Assembly (NCBI GenBank): GCA_043822305.1
Contig: JBDRBU010000022.1
Span: forward strand, 1 to 26,767
Direction of reading: 5' to 3'
Length of the DNA: 26,767 bases
DNA from: Candidatus Firestoneibacteriota bacterium
GTDB taxonomy: Bacteria; Oederibacteriota; D2-FULL-39-29; JBDRBU01
Part shown: positions 8,648-19,103 of the stretch, piece by piece
Layout: every line of letters starts with the position of its first letter
How positions within the stretch are numbered: the first letter of the stretch is position 1
Notes under the pieces: model-generated
Databases searched by the model: none
What the model saw: only the letters and a program-made list of their open reading frames with translations
What the model was told of the DNA's origin: nothing
Made by a program: the position numbers and the translations under genes

Positions 8648-11491
8648 ATGAAAAAAATATTCTTTTGGTTTGTAATTTTCAGTACTGTTATATTTATAAA
8701 TATCAATATTTTCTCAGCGACTAAGTCAGGGAACAAAACTAAAGGAGAAAGCATTATATGGCCTGAAGATGTTTATAAAGAAGCATCTGAATTTGCGGCT
8801 AAAGGTGATTATCAAAAAGCAGAAGAAGTTTATTTAAAATTGATTAAGGACTATCCAACCGTTTCATTAATACCATTTGTGAAATATGATTTAGGAGTTT
8901 GTTACTTATTACAAAAAAGGATTGATGAAGCACTTAAGATATTTGAAGAACTCCTTAAAGATAATACAAATATAAAGGATTTAGTATATACGTCTATGGC
9001 TGATATATACATAGAGCGAAAAAATTATGATAAAGCATTAGACTGTTACCAGAATGCTGATAGATCAGTTATAGGTGGTTCTGATAAAGCATCATATGGA
9101 AAGGCAAATTTATATCTTGTTTTAAAAAAGTATGCTGAAGCTGAAAAAGAAATTAGATTGTTTAAGGGCAGATTTCCTAAAAGCGATATTATTGACGAAG
9201 TGGATGTTTTACTTCTTCAAATCTATATATACAAAAAAGATTTTATAAACGCAAATATGCTTATTGAAGAGGTATATAAAAAGTTAGAAGAAAACCCTAA
9301 GGGAAATTTCACAATATTTAAATTAGCCGAGGCTTTATTTGATGGTGGTAATTTTGAACAAGCCATAGCATATTATAATAAAGTACTTAGCCAAGATAAA
9401 GTTTTGGAGATAGTGCAAAGGCAGATGAATATTATTTCAGAAAAGGTAAAGAATTTGGAAAAAAGCAGAGCCCCTAAAATAGAGCAAACAATAGCCTTTG
9501 CTAAAAAACAGGAAGTTGAGAAAAAAAATCTTTATGAAGAAGTTAAAGCAGGTAAAGACCTATCGCCATTAAGTTCATACAGAATAGGCCAATCTTATTT
9601 AAATATGAAAAAATTTAATGAGGCCAGAAAGAAATATAAAGAAATAATGATGTTATTTCCAAAAGATGAAATAGTAAAAGAAGCTGCTTACGGAATGGTG
9701 CTGAGTTATTTATTAGAAGGGAAATTTGAGGATTTTAAAAAAGATGCGCATAAATTCATGTCAGAATATTCTGAAGAGGCTTTAACTGATGATATTAAAT
9801 TAGCCATGATCGATGTATTTTTAAAAGAAAATAAGTTTAATGATATAATAATAGAATATAAAAAAGGGACATTTAAGTTTAAAACAAAAGAGTTACAGGA
9901 AGAAGGTTTGTGTAAAATAGGATTAGCCTATTATGGATTAAAGGATTATATGGCTTCATCAAATATTTTTGAAGATATTACTTCCAAATCCTCAAAGAGC
10001 AATACATTTGCATTATCTTTATTTTATCTGGGAAATTCTTATTATAATTTAAGCAAGTATGATGAAGCCATAAAAGTATATGATAAAATAATCAACGAGT
10101 ATCCAAAGGAGGAATTTACTAAAGATTCCATCTATCAGTTAGGTTTTTCTCATGCAAGAAAAGGAGCATATCCTAAGGCTGTTGAGATTTTAAATATGTT
10201 TTTACAAAAATATCCAAATGATGAGTTATCTCCTGATATTTTTTCTTCAATCGGAGATATTTATGTAGCCCAAGAAAAATTCAAAGAAGCCATAGAGACT
10301 TACGAGAAGGTGTTAAAAATTTATTCAAAATCAAAGAGTGCCCCAAGAATACATTCTCAAATAGGAATGTGTTATTTTAAACAGGAAAAATATGACGATA
10401 TGGTCAGAGCATATGAGTTACTCATAAGGAATTATCCACAAAGTGAGTTTTGTGCAGAAGCATTTTACTGGATAGGCTGGAAATTAATAAAAGAAGATAA
10501 AAAAGATGAAGGGATGAATAAATTTAATGAAGCAAAAAAATGGAAGGATACAGATACCGGCAGAGAAATTCAGTTTAAAATAGGCGAGTTTTATTATTCA
10601 GAGAAAGAATTTAAAAATGCAGAAAAAGAATATCTGGAAGTTATTAAAGAATCATCTAATTTGGAATCAATAGAAGGAGCCTTAGAAAGGTTAAGAGATA
10701 TTTATGAAGTAACAAGAAGAGTGGAAGAAGGGATAAAAGTATTTGAAGATTTTTCCAAGAAAAGAGCAGAAAATAAATTTGTGCTTGTCAGGATTAAGAT
10801 GGGAATTATACATCTGTATCTTAAACAAAAAAAAGTAGAAGCAGCCTTAGGTATCTGGAGGGAGATAAGTGGAGCTACCCCCAAAGAATATTTTACAGCA
10901 GTTGATTACTATACTGTAGGGAGTTATCTGGAAGGTCTTGGTAAAGAAAAAGAAGCATTGCCACTTTATTTGGAAATCATTTCAAGATATCCATCTGATA
11001 ATGCCGTTCCATATGCTTATTCAAGAGCAAGTTATATATATTTAAATTCAGGAAGAAAATCCGAGGAAATATATAATTTTATAAAACCTGCATTAAATAG
11101 ATACAAAGGGATAGAAGATATCCCTGAGATAAGTTTAGTGCTTGCCCAGTATAATTTTGAAAAAGGAAATACTGAAGAATCTATGAAGTATTACAAGAAA
11201 TCCATCAGTAAAGCAAAAGGAAAGATAGGGGCAGAGAGTTACTTCAGATTAGGGACAATTTTTTTTAAACAGAACAAGTATAAAGAAGCATTAACTGTTT
11301 ACTTACAGGTAGCCTTTGTGTATAATAAGTATAAAGATTTAGCAGAAGAATCCTTATTTAAAGCCGCTAGATGTGCTGAACTAATAGGTCAGAGAGAAGA
11401 AGCAAAGAAATATTACCAAGAGTTTGTAAAACAGTTTCCAAATAGTAAATATAAAAAAGATGCGGAAGCAAAATTAAAAGAATTAAAATAA
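8648..11491 (+). CDS. Large exported tetratricopeptide-repeat protein (CpoB/YbgF-BamD-like repeats)
   Basis: Many TPRs ending in YPxS/FPxS (e.g. LFYLGNSYYNLSKYDEAIKVYDKIINEYPK). Signal peptide from MKKIFF with GGAG RBS; alternative start at 8636. Confidence 0.87.
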   Translation: MKKIFFWFVIFSTVIFININIFSATKSGNKTKGESIIWPEDVYKEASEFAAKGDYQKAEEVYLKLIKDYPTVSLIPFVKYDLGVCYLLQKRIDEALKIFEELLKDNTNIKDLVYTSMADIYIERKNYDKALDCYQNADRSVIGGSDKASYGKANLYLVLKKYAEAEKEIRLFKGRFPKSDIIDEVDVLLLQIYIYKKDFINANMLIEEVYKKLEENPKGNFTIFKLAEALFDGGNFEQAIAYYNKVLSQDKVLEIVQRQMNIISEKVKNLEKSRAPKIEQTIAFAKKQEVEKKNLYEEVKAGKDLSPLSSYRIGQSYLNMKKFNEARKKYKEIMMLFPKDEIVKEAAYGMVLSYLLEGKFEDFKKDAHKFMSEYSEEALTDDIKLAMIDVFLKENKFNDIIIEYKKGTFKFKTKELQEEGLCKIGLAYYGLKDYMASSNIFEDITSKSSKSNTFALSLFYLGNSYYNLSKYDEAIKVYDKIINEYPKEEFTKDSIYQLGFSHARKGAYPKAVEILNMFLQKYPNDELSPDIFSSIGDIYVAQEKFKEAIETYEKVLKIYSKSKSAPRIHSQIGMCYFKQEKYDDMVRAYELLIRNYPQSEFCAEAFYWIGWKLIKEDKKDEGMNKFNEAKKWKDTDTGREIQFKIGEFYYSEKEFKNAEKEYLEVIKESSNLESIEGALERLRDIYEVTRRVEEGIKVFEDFSKKRAENKFVLVRIKMGIIHLYLKQKKVEAALGIWREISGATPKEYFTAVDYYTVGSYLEGLGKEKEALPLYLEIISRYPSDNAVPYAYSRASYIYLNSGRKSEEIYNFIKPALNRYKGIEDIPEISLVLAQYNFEKGNTEESMKYYKKSISKAKGKIGAESYFRLGTIFFKQNKYKEALTVYLQVAFVYNKYKDLAEESLFKAARCAELIGQREEAKKYYQEFVKQFPNSKYKKDAEAKLKELK

Positions 11492-11506
11492 AAAAGGAGG
11501 GGAAAG

Positions 11507-12274
11507 ATGCGTAAAAAGGTATTGGTCATAGTTTTAAGTTTGGCCGTGATATTTTTGTGTATGCAGGTTTCAACTGTAATTAATGCTCAGGAAAAAGGAG
11601 TCGAGTCTGGATTAGGGGCAAAACAGCTTACATTGTTTGGATTTCTTAAGGGAGGTGGCCCTGTATTTTTAATTATTGTCGGGTGTTCAATGTTTACCAT
11701 AAGCGTAATTATAGAGAGATTTTTGTATTTTAAAAGATTAAAAACATTAGGAGGAGAAAAACAGTTTATAGAAACAATATTAAAGACACAAAATATTAAA
11801 CAATCAATAGCCTTATGTGATAGAACATCAGGGGTGGTTCCAAGGGTCCTAAAAGTAGTGCTGGATAATTATGATAAAGGAGTAAATAAGGAAAAATTAG
11901 AAGGGGAAATAGAAACACAGGTAATAAGCGAAACTATAGGTATGGAAAAATTTTTGCCTCAGTTAGATACAATGGTAACATTAACTCCGTTACTTGGTTT
12001 ATTTGGAACGGTTATAGGTATGATAAAATCTTTCAATGTTGTAGCCGCTATGGGCATGGGAAAGCCAGAAATGTTAGCCGGAGGTATAGCCGAAGCATTA
12101 ATAAATACAGCCGGCGGTTTAGCCGTAGCTATTCCAGCATTATTTTTTTATAACTATCTTTCTGGTAAAAAAGAAACATATCTTTTAGAGATTGAAAAAG
12201 GAGTTAGTAAGTTGATACTTCAAATAGAGAAATTTAAACGAGTAGAACAACAGCAACCTCCACAGCCAAAGTAA
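11507..12274 (+). CDS. exbB: MotA/TolQ/ExbB proton-channel protein
   Basis: IIERF, PLLGLFGTVIGMIKSF and AGGIAEALINTAGGLAVAIPA motifs. Confidence 0.93.
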   Translation: MRKKVLVIVLSLAVIFLCMQVSTVINAQEKGVESGLGAKQLTLFGFLKGGGPVFLIIVGCSMFTISVIIERFLYFKRLKTLGGEKQFIETILKTQNIKQSIALCDRTSGVVPRVLKVVLDNYDKGVNKEKLEGEIETQVISETIGMEKFLPQLDTMVTLTPLLGLFGTVIGMIKSFNVVAAMGMGKPEMLAGGIAEALINTAGGLAVAIPALFFYNYLSGKKETYLLEIEKGVSKLILQIEKFKRVEQQQPPQPK

Positions 12275-12293
12275 ATGTAAGGAGGATAAATTA

Positions 12294-12704
12294 ATGAGGT
12301 TTATAAGAAGAGTTCCTAAAAAAGGTAGAGTAGAGCTTATTCCACTGATAGATACAATGTTAATGTTGTTAATATTTTATATGAGTTTTTCCACATTTGC
12401 CGAGATGGAATTAGAATATGGAGTTAAAGTACCAGCAGCAGATGAATCAGGGAAATGGAAAAAAAGTCCAGATCAGCTGATAATAAATATACCATCAGCC
12501 GGAGAAATATTAATAAGCAAGGAAAAGTATGATCTGGATAGCTTGGAGAGATTGTTAAACAATCTTGTAAGATCAAATTCTAAAATTAATGTAGTAATAA
12601 GAGGAGATAAGAATCTGTATTACAAGGAGATTTCAAAAATATTATCTATATGCTCGAGAAACAGCATATGGAATATAACATTTGCTACATTAGAAGGTGA
12701 ATAA
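12294..12704 (+). CDS. exbD: ExbD/TolR protein, copy 1
   Basis: LIPLIDTMLMLLIFYM TM helix with conserved Asp; VVIRGDKNLYY periplasmic motif. Confidence 0.9.
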   Translation: MRFIRRVPKKGRVELIPLIDTMLMLLIFYMSFSTFAEMELEYGVKVPAADESGKWKKSPDQLIINIPSAGEILISKEKYDLDSLERLLNNLVRSNSKINVVIRGDKNLYYKEISKILSICSRNSIWNITFATLEGE

Positions 12705-12706
12705 AA

Positions 12707-13111
12707 ATGAGACTAAAAAAAAGAAAAACTTATAAAAGAGGAAGAATAGAATTAATTCCCTTAATAGATACAATTCTCATGCTTCTTATATTTTATATGT
12801 CATTTGGAAAATTAGTTAAGGAAGAAAGAAAACTTGAAGCTAGTTTGCCTGCTTATGCATCAGATACATCATCAGAGATAAGTAGTTCGATAACAGTTGA
12901 AGTAACAGGAGGGGGTAAACTAATTGTTAATGATGAAGAATATACTCTTGAGGGTTTTTCAAATATGTTAAGCGGACTTTCATTAGTTTCTGAGACAGTT
13001 TCAATAGTTTTAAAAGGCAAAGAAAATATATTTTATCAAGATATAATAGATGCATTAAATGCGTGTGCTAGAAATGGAATTAAAAATGTTTCTTTTGTCC
13101 CTCTGGAGTAA
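12707..13111 (+). CDS. exbD: ExbD/TolR protein, copy 2
   Basis: LIPLIDTILMLLIFYM with conserved Asp; YQDIIDALNACARNGIKNVSF. Confidence 0.9.
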   Translation: MRLKKRKTYKRGRIELIPLIDTILMLLIFYMSFGKLVKEERKLEASLPAYASDTSSEISSSITVEVTGGGKLIVNDEEYTLEGFSNMLSGLSLVSETVSIVLKGKENIFYQDIIDALNACARNGIKNVSFVPLE

Positions 13112-14154
13112 TGAAATACATCATATTTACCTTTCTAATATTAGGGTTTATTTATGCAGATGATAGAATTTGTGCTGTAGATTTTATAGAGATTTCATTA
13201 GCCAGGTCAAGATTAGAACATCAGATAATATTAGAAGGTAAGATAAAAAATAAAAGTAATAATACTTTAGAAAAAGTAAGTCTTCAGCTAGTATGTTTAA
13301 ATTATGATTTAACAGTAATAAAAGAGTCTACGCCATATGAAATAAAAGACCTATCTCCCTATTTTAGTAAAAATTTTAAGATAGTAATTAAACAGTGCCC
13401 GTTTTTTAATGCTTATAAAATTTTAGTAAAGTATTCTGCTCATGATTTTCTTCAAGAATTTTCTTATCATGCCTCTGACCTGGGAAGTTTTCCACAACTT
13501 GAAGCAAAAGAACTAATAAAAAACGATGTTTCTTTAATGATTTTAAGCCATTATCTAGATGAAAAAACTTTAAATCTGTTTGTTAAAAATGAAGGAGATT
13601 TAGTTGCAGATGAGACCTCCGTCTTAATGGAATTTTATAATAAGAAACAAAATTTAATTAAAGAAATCATCGTATTATTAGAAGATGGTAAAGTTAAAGG
13701 TGGTGAAATAAGAGGTTTTAAAGTAAATATTAATCCGCCTAATTATACTTACTATGGGATTTCTTTAAAATTTAGCACCTTAGAAAAAGTTTTAGAAAAA
13801 ATCCCGGAAGTATCAAAAGAACTAAAGCATGAATACGAAGATAAAGAATATGGGGAATTTACTTTAGATTCTGTTGTAGAGATATCTAAATGTAGATTTA
13901 AAAAACTCCCTGATGGGTCATTAGAAGTATTAGGCAAGATACGAAATGGTAAGGATAATCCTATTAAAAATAACAAAATCGCATTTTATCTTTTAGATAA
14001 AGACAACAAAGAGATTGCCGTAAAATATTTAAATTCGGAAGAAGTTATAAAGTCAAAGGAGATTGAAGATTTTAAAATAAACTTTACATTCGACTTTAAA
14101 TGTTCTAATTATAAATACGAAATAAAATATGATGAAATTTTACCAAAAGAATGA
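13111..14154 (+). CDS. Exported protein with three FxLYD-like beta-sandwich repeats
   Basis: TAATG coupling to exbD2; signal peptide; repeats GKIKNKS...LVCLN, VKNEG...MEFYN and GKIRNGK...FYLLD. Confidence 0.7.
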   Translation: MKYIIFTFLILGFIYADDRICAVDFIEISLARSRLEHQIILEGKIKNKSNNTLEKVSLQLVCLNYDLTVIKESTPYEIKDLSPYFSKNFKIVIKQCPFFNAYKILVKYSAHDFLQEFSYHASDLGSFPQLEAKELIKNDVSLMILSHYLDEKTLNLFVKNEGDLVADETSVLMEFYNKKQNLIKEIIVLLEDGKVKGGEIRGFKVNINPPNYTYYGISLKFSTLEKVLEKIPEVSKELKHEYEDKEYGEFTLDSVVEISKCRFKKLPDGSLEVLGKIRNGKDNPIKNNKIAFYLLDKDNKEIAVKYLNSEEVIKSKEIEDFKINFTFDFKCSNYKYEIKYDEILPKE

Positions 14155-14170
14155 AATATCTAAGTTACAT

Positions 14171-15388
14171 TTACGGGCCAACGGTAACGAGTTTTAATTT
14201 ATCATCTGGCAGGAGTTTGTTTGCAAAACCCACAATATCTTTGTTGGTAATTTTTTCAACTTCCATTATAATTTCTTCTATGGTTAAATATTTTTCTCTA
14301 TAAAATTCGCATCTTAAAAGTTTTATCATCCTGTTTAAGGTATTTTCCAGTCCTAAGACCAAATTCCCCTTAATTTGTTCTTTAACTTTATGCAATTCTT
14401 TCTCTAAAACTCCTTTACTCTTGATATCTTTAAATTCTTGCAAAACTATATTAATAAGTTCATTTAACTTTTGTTTGTCTGTGGCAGCATATACTATAAA
14501 AATACCAGTATCAAGATAACAATCATAAAAAGAACTTACACTATAAGCAAGTCCTCTTTTTTCCCTAACCTCTTGAAATAAATGCGAACTCATTGAACCG
14601 CCTAAAATATTATTTAAAAGAATTAGGCTATATTTATCATCATCATTATAAGAAATACCTTTTGTGCCAAGACAAACATGAACTTGTTTAAATTCCTTTT
14701 CTTCCTTCTTGTTTTCAAAATTAAAAGACGGAGAAGTTATCTTAAAGTCAAATTCTTTTTTCTCCCATTTGCCAAAATACTTTTCAACAAGATTAAATAT
14801 ATCAGCGCTTTTTAAATTCCCGGCTAAAGAGATAATTGTGTTATTTGGTGAAAAAAATATTTTTAAATATTCAAAAATATTTTTTCTATCAAAATTCCCT
14901 GTAGTTTCTTTTGAGCCTAATATCGAATGTCCAAGCGGATGACTATCAAACAAATTTTTCATAAAAACATCCAGAGTATACTCATCAGGTGTATCTAAAT
15001 ACATTTTTATTTCTTCAAATATTACATCTTTTTCTTTTTTAATATCTTCTATTTTAAATTTTGAATTTAAAAGCATTTCAGAAAGGAGTTCTAAAACATC
15101 TGGCAGGTATGTATCTACCATTTTTACATAAAAACATGTATATTCTTTTCCGGTAAAAGCATCAACATGCGTTCCCATTAAATCGAATTTTTCAGCAATA
15201 TTCAATGCTGTTAATTTTTCTGTCCCTTGAAATAGCATATGCTCAATAAAATGAGAAATACCTTCTTGATTCTTTGATTCATATCTTGAACCCGCTCTAA
15301 TTAAAATCCCTAAACTTATTGAACGAACATAAGGAACTTCTTCGCAAACAATAGTTAGACCGGAGGAAAGGACTTTTTTACTGTACAT
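14171..15388 (-). CDS. M16 (pitrilysin-family) zinc peptidase
   Basis: HFIEHMLFQGT inverted HxxEH motif; GGSMSSHLFQEVREKRGLAYSV; usual position downstream of pnp. Confidence 0.95.
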   Translation of the reverse strand: MYSKKVLSSGLTIVCEEVPYVRSISLGILIRAGSRYESKNQEGISHFIEHMLFQGTEKLTALNIAEKFDLMGTHVDAFTGKEYTCFYVKMVDTYLPDVLELLSEMLLNSKFKIEDIKKEKDVIFEEIKMYLDTPDEYTLDVFMKNLFDSHPLGHSILGSKETTGNFDRKNIFEYLKIFFSPNNTIISLAGNLKSADIFNLVEKYFGKWEKKEFDFKITSPSFNFENKKEEKEFKQVHVCLGTKGISYNDDDKYSLILLNNILGGSMSSHLFQEVREKRGLAYSVSSFYDCYLDTGIFIVYAATDKQKLNELINIVLQEFKDIKSKGVLEKELHKVKEQIKGNLVLGLENTLNRMIKLLRCEFYREKYLTIEEIIMEVEKITNKDIVGFANKLLPDDKLKLVTVGP

Positions 15389-15389
15389 A

Positions 15390-17492
15390 TTAACTCTTGT
15401 TTTCTGTTTCTTGGGAAGATTTTAATGCTTCTTTTCTGCTTAACTTTAGCCGGCCAAGCTTATCAATTTCTATAACTTTAACTAAAACTTCTTCTCCTTC
15501 TTTTAAAACATCTTCAACTCGGTTTATCCTTTTATCTGCAATCTCGGAAATATGAACCAGCCCATCCTGACCAGGTAGTATTTCAACAAATGCTCCAAAA
15601 TCTGTTATCTTCCTTACTTTACCCGAATAAATTTTACCAACTTCTGCCTCTTGAGTTAGATTTTTAATTATAGCAATAGCTTTTTGCACTAACTCATTGT
15701 TAACGCCTGAAATATTAATAACACCATCTGCTTCTATATTTATTTCAACTCCAGTTTCTTCTACTATCTTCTTAATCGTCTTGCCTCCCTGTCCTATAAC
15801 ATCCTTTATCTTATCTGGATTTATCTTTAACGATATTATCTTTGGTGCATATAATGAGATTGAATCTCTTGGTTTTATTATCGCTTTATTCATCTCGTTT
15901 AAAATAATTCGTCTTGCTTCTTTAGCTTGAAATAAAGATTTCTCAAGTATATCTATTGAAACTCCATCAACTTTTACATCCATCTGTATAGCCGTTATAC
16001 CATCTTCTGTTCCCGCGATTTTAAAATCCATATCGCCAAAATGGTCTTCTGCACCAGCAATATCAGTTAAAGTGACAAACTTATCTTTTTCTTTAATCAG
16101 CCCTATGGATATACCCGCAACAGGTTTTGTTATAGGAACACCTGCATCCATTAAAGACAAACTCCCTCCACATACTGTGGCCATAGATGAAGAACCATTT
16201 GATTCCAAAATATCTGAGACTATATTTACAACATATGGAAATTTTTCTTTGGGCGGAATTACAGCCAGTAATGCTTTCTCAGCAAGTGCACCATGTCCAA
16301 TTTCTCTTCTACCCGGTCCTCTAACAGGCTTCACATCCCCTGTGGCTAATGGAGGAAAATTATAATGAAGCATGTATCTCTTTTTACTCTCGCCTTCAAG
16401 GTCATCTAAAATTTGAGCATCATCTTCCGTGCCAAGTGTTGTAATAACCAATGCTTGAGTTTGCCCCCTTGAAAATAAAGCAGAACCATGTGTCCTTGGA
16501 AGAACCCCTATTTCGCATTTTATTTCTCTTATTTCATCTAATTTTCTACCATCAGGTCTTATCCCTCTTTCAACTATATTTTCCCTTACATTTTGGGCTT
16601 CCATCAAATCTAATTGTATTTTTATTTCCATTTCTTTATCTTTAAAATCTGGTAAAACTTTTTGCAATATTTCTTCTTTAATTTCCTGAATTTGAACTAG
16701 TCGTTGTTTTTTATCTTGGATAGTTTCTACTTCGGATAATCTTTGTGAAGCAGTTTCTTTTAGAATATTTTTGAGGTTCTCATCAAGATTAAAGAATGTG
16801 TATTTTTTCTCTGGTTTTTGTACTTTTTTACTTAATTCCTCTTGAATCCTTATTAATTCATACGACGGTTCTTTTGCAAGATTTATGGCTGCTAAAATTT
16901 CTTCTTCTTTTACTTCCTTCGTCCCGGCTTCAAGCATAACAACTCCAAGTTTTGAGTAAACAACTACAATATCCAAAACACTTTCTTCCAATTCGCTAAA
17001 AGTTGGGTTAATTATATATCTATCCTTTATCTTTCCTACTCTAACACTACCAATAGGCCCGTTAAAAGGAATATTTGTAATACTTAAGGCAGCAGAAGTT
17101 CCTATTAAACCTAAAACATCCGCCTCGTTCTGAAGATCATATGAAAGCACAAAATTTATCACTTGAATTTCATTCATAAGATCAGGGGAAAATAATGGCC
17201 TGATACTTCTATCAATCATTCTTGCAGAAAGAATTTCCCTCTCTTTTGGTCTACCTTCTCTTTTAAAAAAACCACCTGGAATTTTTCCGGCAGAATATGT
17301 TCTTTCCTTATATTCAACAGTTAGAGGCAAGGCATTAATCTTTTCTGCTTTAGCCTCAGAAGAAGAAACAGACGACAAAACAACAGTATCTCCATACCTG
17401 ACCAGACAAGAACCTTCTGCCAGTTTTGCAACTTTACCCGTAGAGATTATTATCTCCCTTCCACCTATATTTACTTTTTCTTCTATATTCAT
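15390..17492 (-). CDS. pnp: Polyribonucleotide nucleotidyltransferase (PNPase)
   Basis: [45 protein letters not shown] and GDMDFK motifs; C-terminal KH and S1 domains. Confidence 0.99.
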   Translation of the reverse strand: MNIEEKVNIGGREIIISTGKVAKLAEGSCLVRYGDTVVLSSVSSSEAKAEKINALPLTVEYKERTYSAGKIPGGFFKREGRPKEREILSARMIDRSIRPLFSPDLMNEIQVINFVLSYDLQNEADVLGLIGTSAALSITNIPFNGPIGSVRVGKIKDRYIINPTFSELEESVLDIVVVYSKLGVVMLEAGTKEVKEEEILAAINLAKEPSYELIRIQEELSKKVQKPEKKYTFFNLDENLKNILKETASQRLSEVETIQDKKQRLVQIQEIKEEILQKVLPDFKDKEMEIKIQLDLMEAQNVRENIVERGIRPDGRKLDEIREIKCEIGVLPRTHGSALFSRGQTQALVITTLGTEDDAQILDDLEGESKKRYMLHYNFPPLATGDVKPVRGPGRREIGHGALAEKALLAVIPPKEKFPYVVNIVSDILESNGSSSMATVCGGSLSLMDAGVPITKPVAGISIGLIKEKDKFVTLTDIAGAEDHFGDMDFKIAGTEDGITAIQMDVKVDGVSIDILEKSLFQAKEARRIILNEMNKAIIKPRDSISLYAPKIISLKINPDKIKDVIGQGGKTIKKIVEETGVEINIEADGVINISGVNNELVQKAIAIIKNLTQEAEVGKIYSGKVRKITDFGAFVEILPGQDGLVHISEIADKRINRVEDVLKEGEEVLVKVIEIDKLGRLKLSRKEALKSSQETENKS

Positions 17493-17496
17493 ATCA

Positions 17497-17763
17497 TCAC
17501 TTCCTTAGGTTTAAACTTTCTATTGATTTTTTATATCTATTAAAATCCTTTCCTTTAATATATTCGAGTAACTTTCTTCTTTCCCCGACAAGTTTAAGCA
17601 AACCTCTTCTAGAACTGTGGTCTTTCTTATGGGTCTTAAAATGCTCTGTTAAATAACTTATCCTTGATGTTAAAATCGCAATCTGAACTTCCGGAGAACC
17701 TGTATCCTTTTCATGTTTTCTAAATTTTACCATTATATTCTGCTTTTGTCCCTTATCTAACAT
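17497..17763 (-). CDS. rpsO: 30S ribosomal protein S15
   Basis: [13 protein letters not shown]...[16 protein letters not shown]; rpsO-pnp synteny. Confidence 0.99.
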   Translation of the reverse strand: MLDKGQKQNIMVKFRKHEKDTGSPEVQIAILTSRISYLTEHFKTHKKDHSSRRGLLKLVGERRKLLEYIKGKDFNRYKKSIESLNLRK

Positions 17764-17815
17764 ATGTTACCCCCTTATAAAATAGGAACACATCCCATTT
17801 TTTTACTTTTCTATT

Positions 17816-17874
17816 TGGAGTGCATTGACTGTGTCAATGCTTATTATGGAGTCAGGGTCGTCCCTGACCCTGAC
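17816..17874 (+). repeat. Two tandem TGGAG-tagged perfect hairpins upstream of rpsO
   Basis: TGGAGT-GCATTGAC-tgt-GTCAATGC (17816-17840) and TGGA-GTCAGGGTC-gtccct-GACCCTGAC (17847-17874). Confidence 0.6.
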
Positions 17875-17910
17875 ATACCTTCAAAATGACAAATCACAAT
17901 GACGGTGTTC

Positions 17911-17927
17911 AGAGGCTGTGTCGCAAT
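17911..17927 (+). repeat. Left inverted repeat of the accessory region
   Basis: AGAGGCTGTGTCGCAAT; 16/17 match to the reverse complement of 26526-26542. Confidence 0.65.
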
Positions 17928-18193
17928 TAGCGAAAAACAGCCAATTTCTCTTTAACATTCGGATTTTAGAGAAAAACTTAGAGATGTTTCTCTATCTTTT
18001 TGTTTTCTTTCTCAATTTTTCCAAATTTAATTCCCATTCTTTCTATGAAGTCTGTCCTTTGTTAAAAAATTTTTCAAAAATACTTATAAAATAAGCATTT
18101 TGCACAAAAGTTTATAAAACACCTCACAAAACATATCCAAAAATCCTTATAAATCAATACCTTTCAAGGACATAAAAATTTAACAATGAACAG

Positions 18194-18219
18194 TACATTA
18201 TATCAAATATTAACTTTTT
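18194..18219 (+). repeat. 26-bp direct repeat, copy 1 (promoter -10 and spacer without the consensus -35)
   Basis: TACATTATATCAAATATTAACTTTTT, identical to 22623-22648. Confidence 0.8.
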
Positions 18220-18290
18220 AGTAATATGTTAGCTGCTCTAGCAAGTGAACAATATGTAAAAAATAGTCGTTGTCCCTAATTTTTAATACC

Positions 18291-19085
18291 TTATTTCTCC
18301 CACTTTTCAAAAATTCTCTCTGCCCACTCCCCTAGTCTTGTTCCCTTATGATCTGATGCAAATTTAGTAACAATCTTTTTAGCTTCGTCGTTATCCCTAA
18401 ATTCACCCAGTCCATCTAATGCAATTTCAACAATATATTCATCTTCATTTTTTAAAGCAGATGCAAGTATTTTAATGACTTCTTCTTGCCGTATGGATGT
18501 TAATGCTCGTATAGCTTCTTCTCTAATTTCATAATGGTTATCAGATAATTTAGACTGAAGATTCTTAATAATCTTTAAGAATGTCTTTTTGTCTTCTTTA
18601 ATCTTAAAATGTACTACACCAATATTTTTGATATTAATTAAATTATCTTTACCATCTTCAACAGGGAAATTACCCTTACATTCAACATCAAACTTTCCTT
18701 CTTTACAAAAATTAATATATTTATTAAGAAGTATACGATAAGAATAATCCTGTCCCGATTCCACAAATCTTTTTGCTGTTATTCCACCAAATTCATAATA
18801 CGGGTTTAGCACTTTGTATTTATTCAAATTATTAGAATTGATTACATTAAACTCAAAACTATCTTTTCGACCATTTCCAACAATAAAAATAATCTTATTC
18901 GATATCTGATTTTTTATTTTATAAATTAAATAAATTGGCTCACCTAAAACAAAAGTATCTTTTTCAAGAACAAAACTACATTCAACAGAATTCATTTTTT
19001 TCTCCTCCGAAATAACAACAAAATTAAAGATTATTAGAAAGAAAATAATTAATATAGCATTTTTATAACAAGTTCTATTGACCAT
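18291..19085 (-). CDS. Exported beta-sandwich plus HEAT-repeat protein; putative partner/immunity protein of 19104-20300
   Basis: Signal-like N-terminus, FVLGEPIYLIYKIKN Ig-like start, C-terminal HEATs (IREEAIRALTSI, IVEIALDGLGEF); AGGAGG RBS. The immunity role is inference. Confidence 0.75.
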   Translation of the reverse strand: MVNRTCYKNAILIIFFLIIFNFVVISEEKKMNSVECSFVLEKDTFVLGEPIYLIYKIKNQISNKIIFIVGNGRKDSFEFNVINSNNLNKYKVLNPYYEFGGITAKRFVESGQDYSYRILLNKYINFCKEGKFDVECKGNFPVEDGKDNLINIKNIGVVHFKIKEDKKTFLKIIKNLQSKLSDNHYEIREEAIRALTSIRQEEVIKILASALKNEDEYIVEIALDGLGEFRDNDEAKKIVTKFASDHKGTRLGEWAERIFEKWEK

Positions 19086-19103
19086 AATGTTTGTCCTCCT
19101 CTT

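Noticed and set aside
11507..13111. Canonical Tol-Pal or flagellar MotAB call
   Set aside because: No tolA, tolB or pal in the window; the small subunits lack the OmpA-like domain of MotB.
4346..16645. Short antisense ORFs in the track (e.g. 4346-4588, 5024-5422, 5471-5725, 7028-7447, 7583-7963, 10702-10884, 13752-13976, 14709-14942, 15697-16645)
   Set aside because: They lie opposite well-supported genes and have shadow-frame composition with no recognisable motifs.
18178..18234. Integron attC site (ATTTAAC...GTTAGCT)
   Set aside because: The ends are poorly complementary, there is no internal L-box stem, no similar sites lie between the cassette genes, and no integrase is present.
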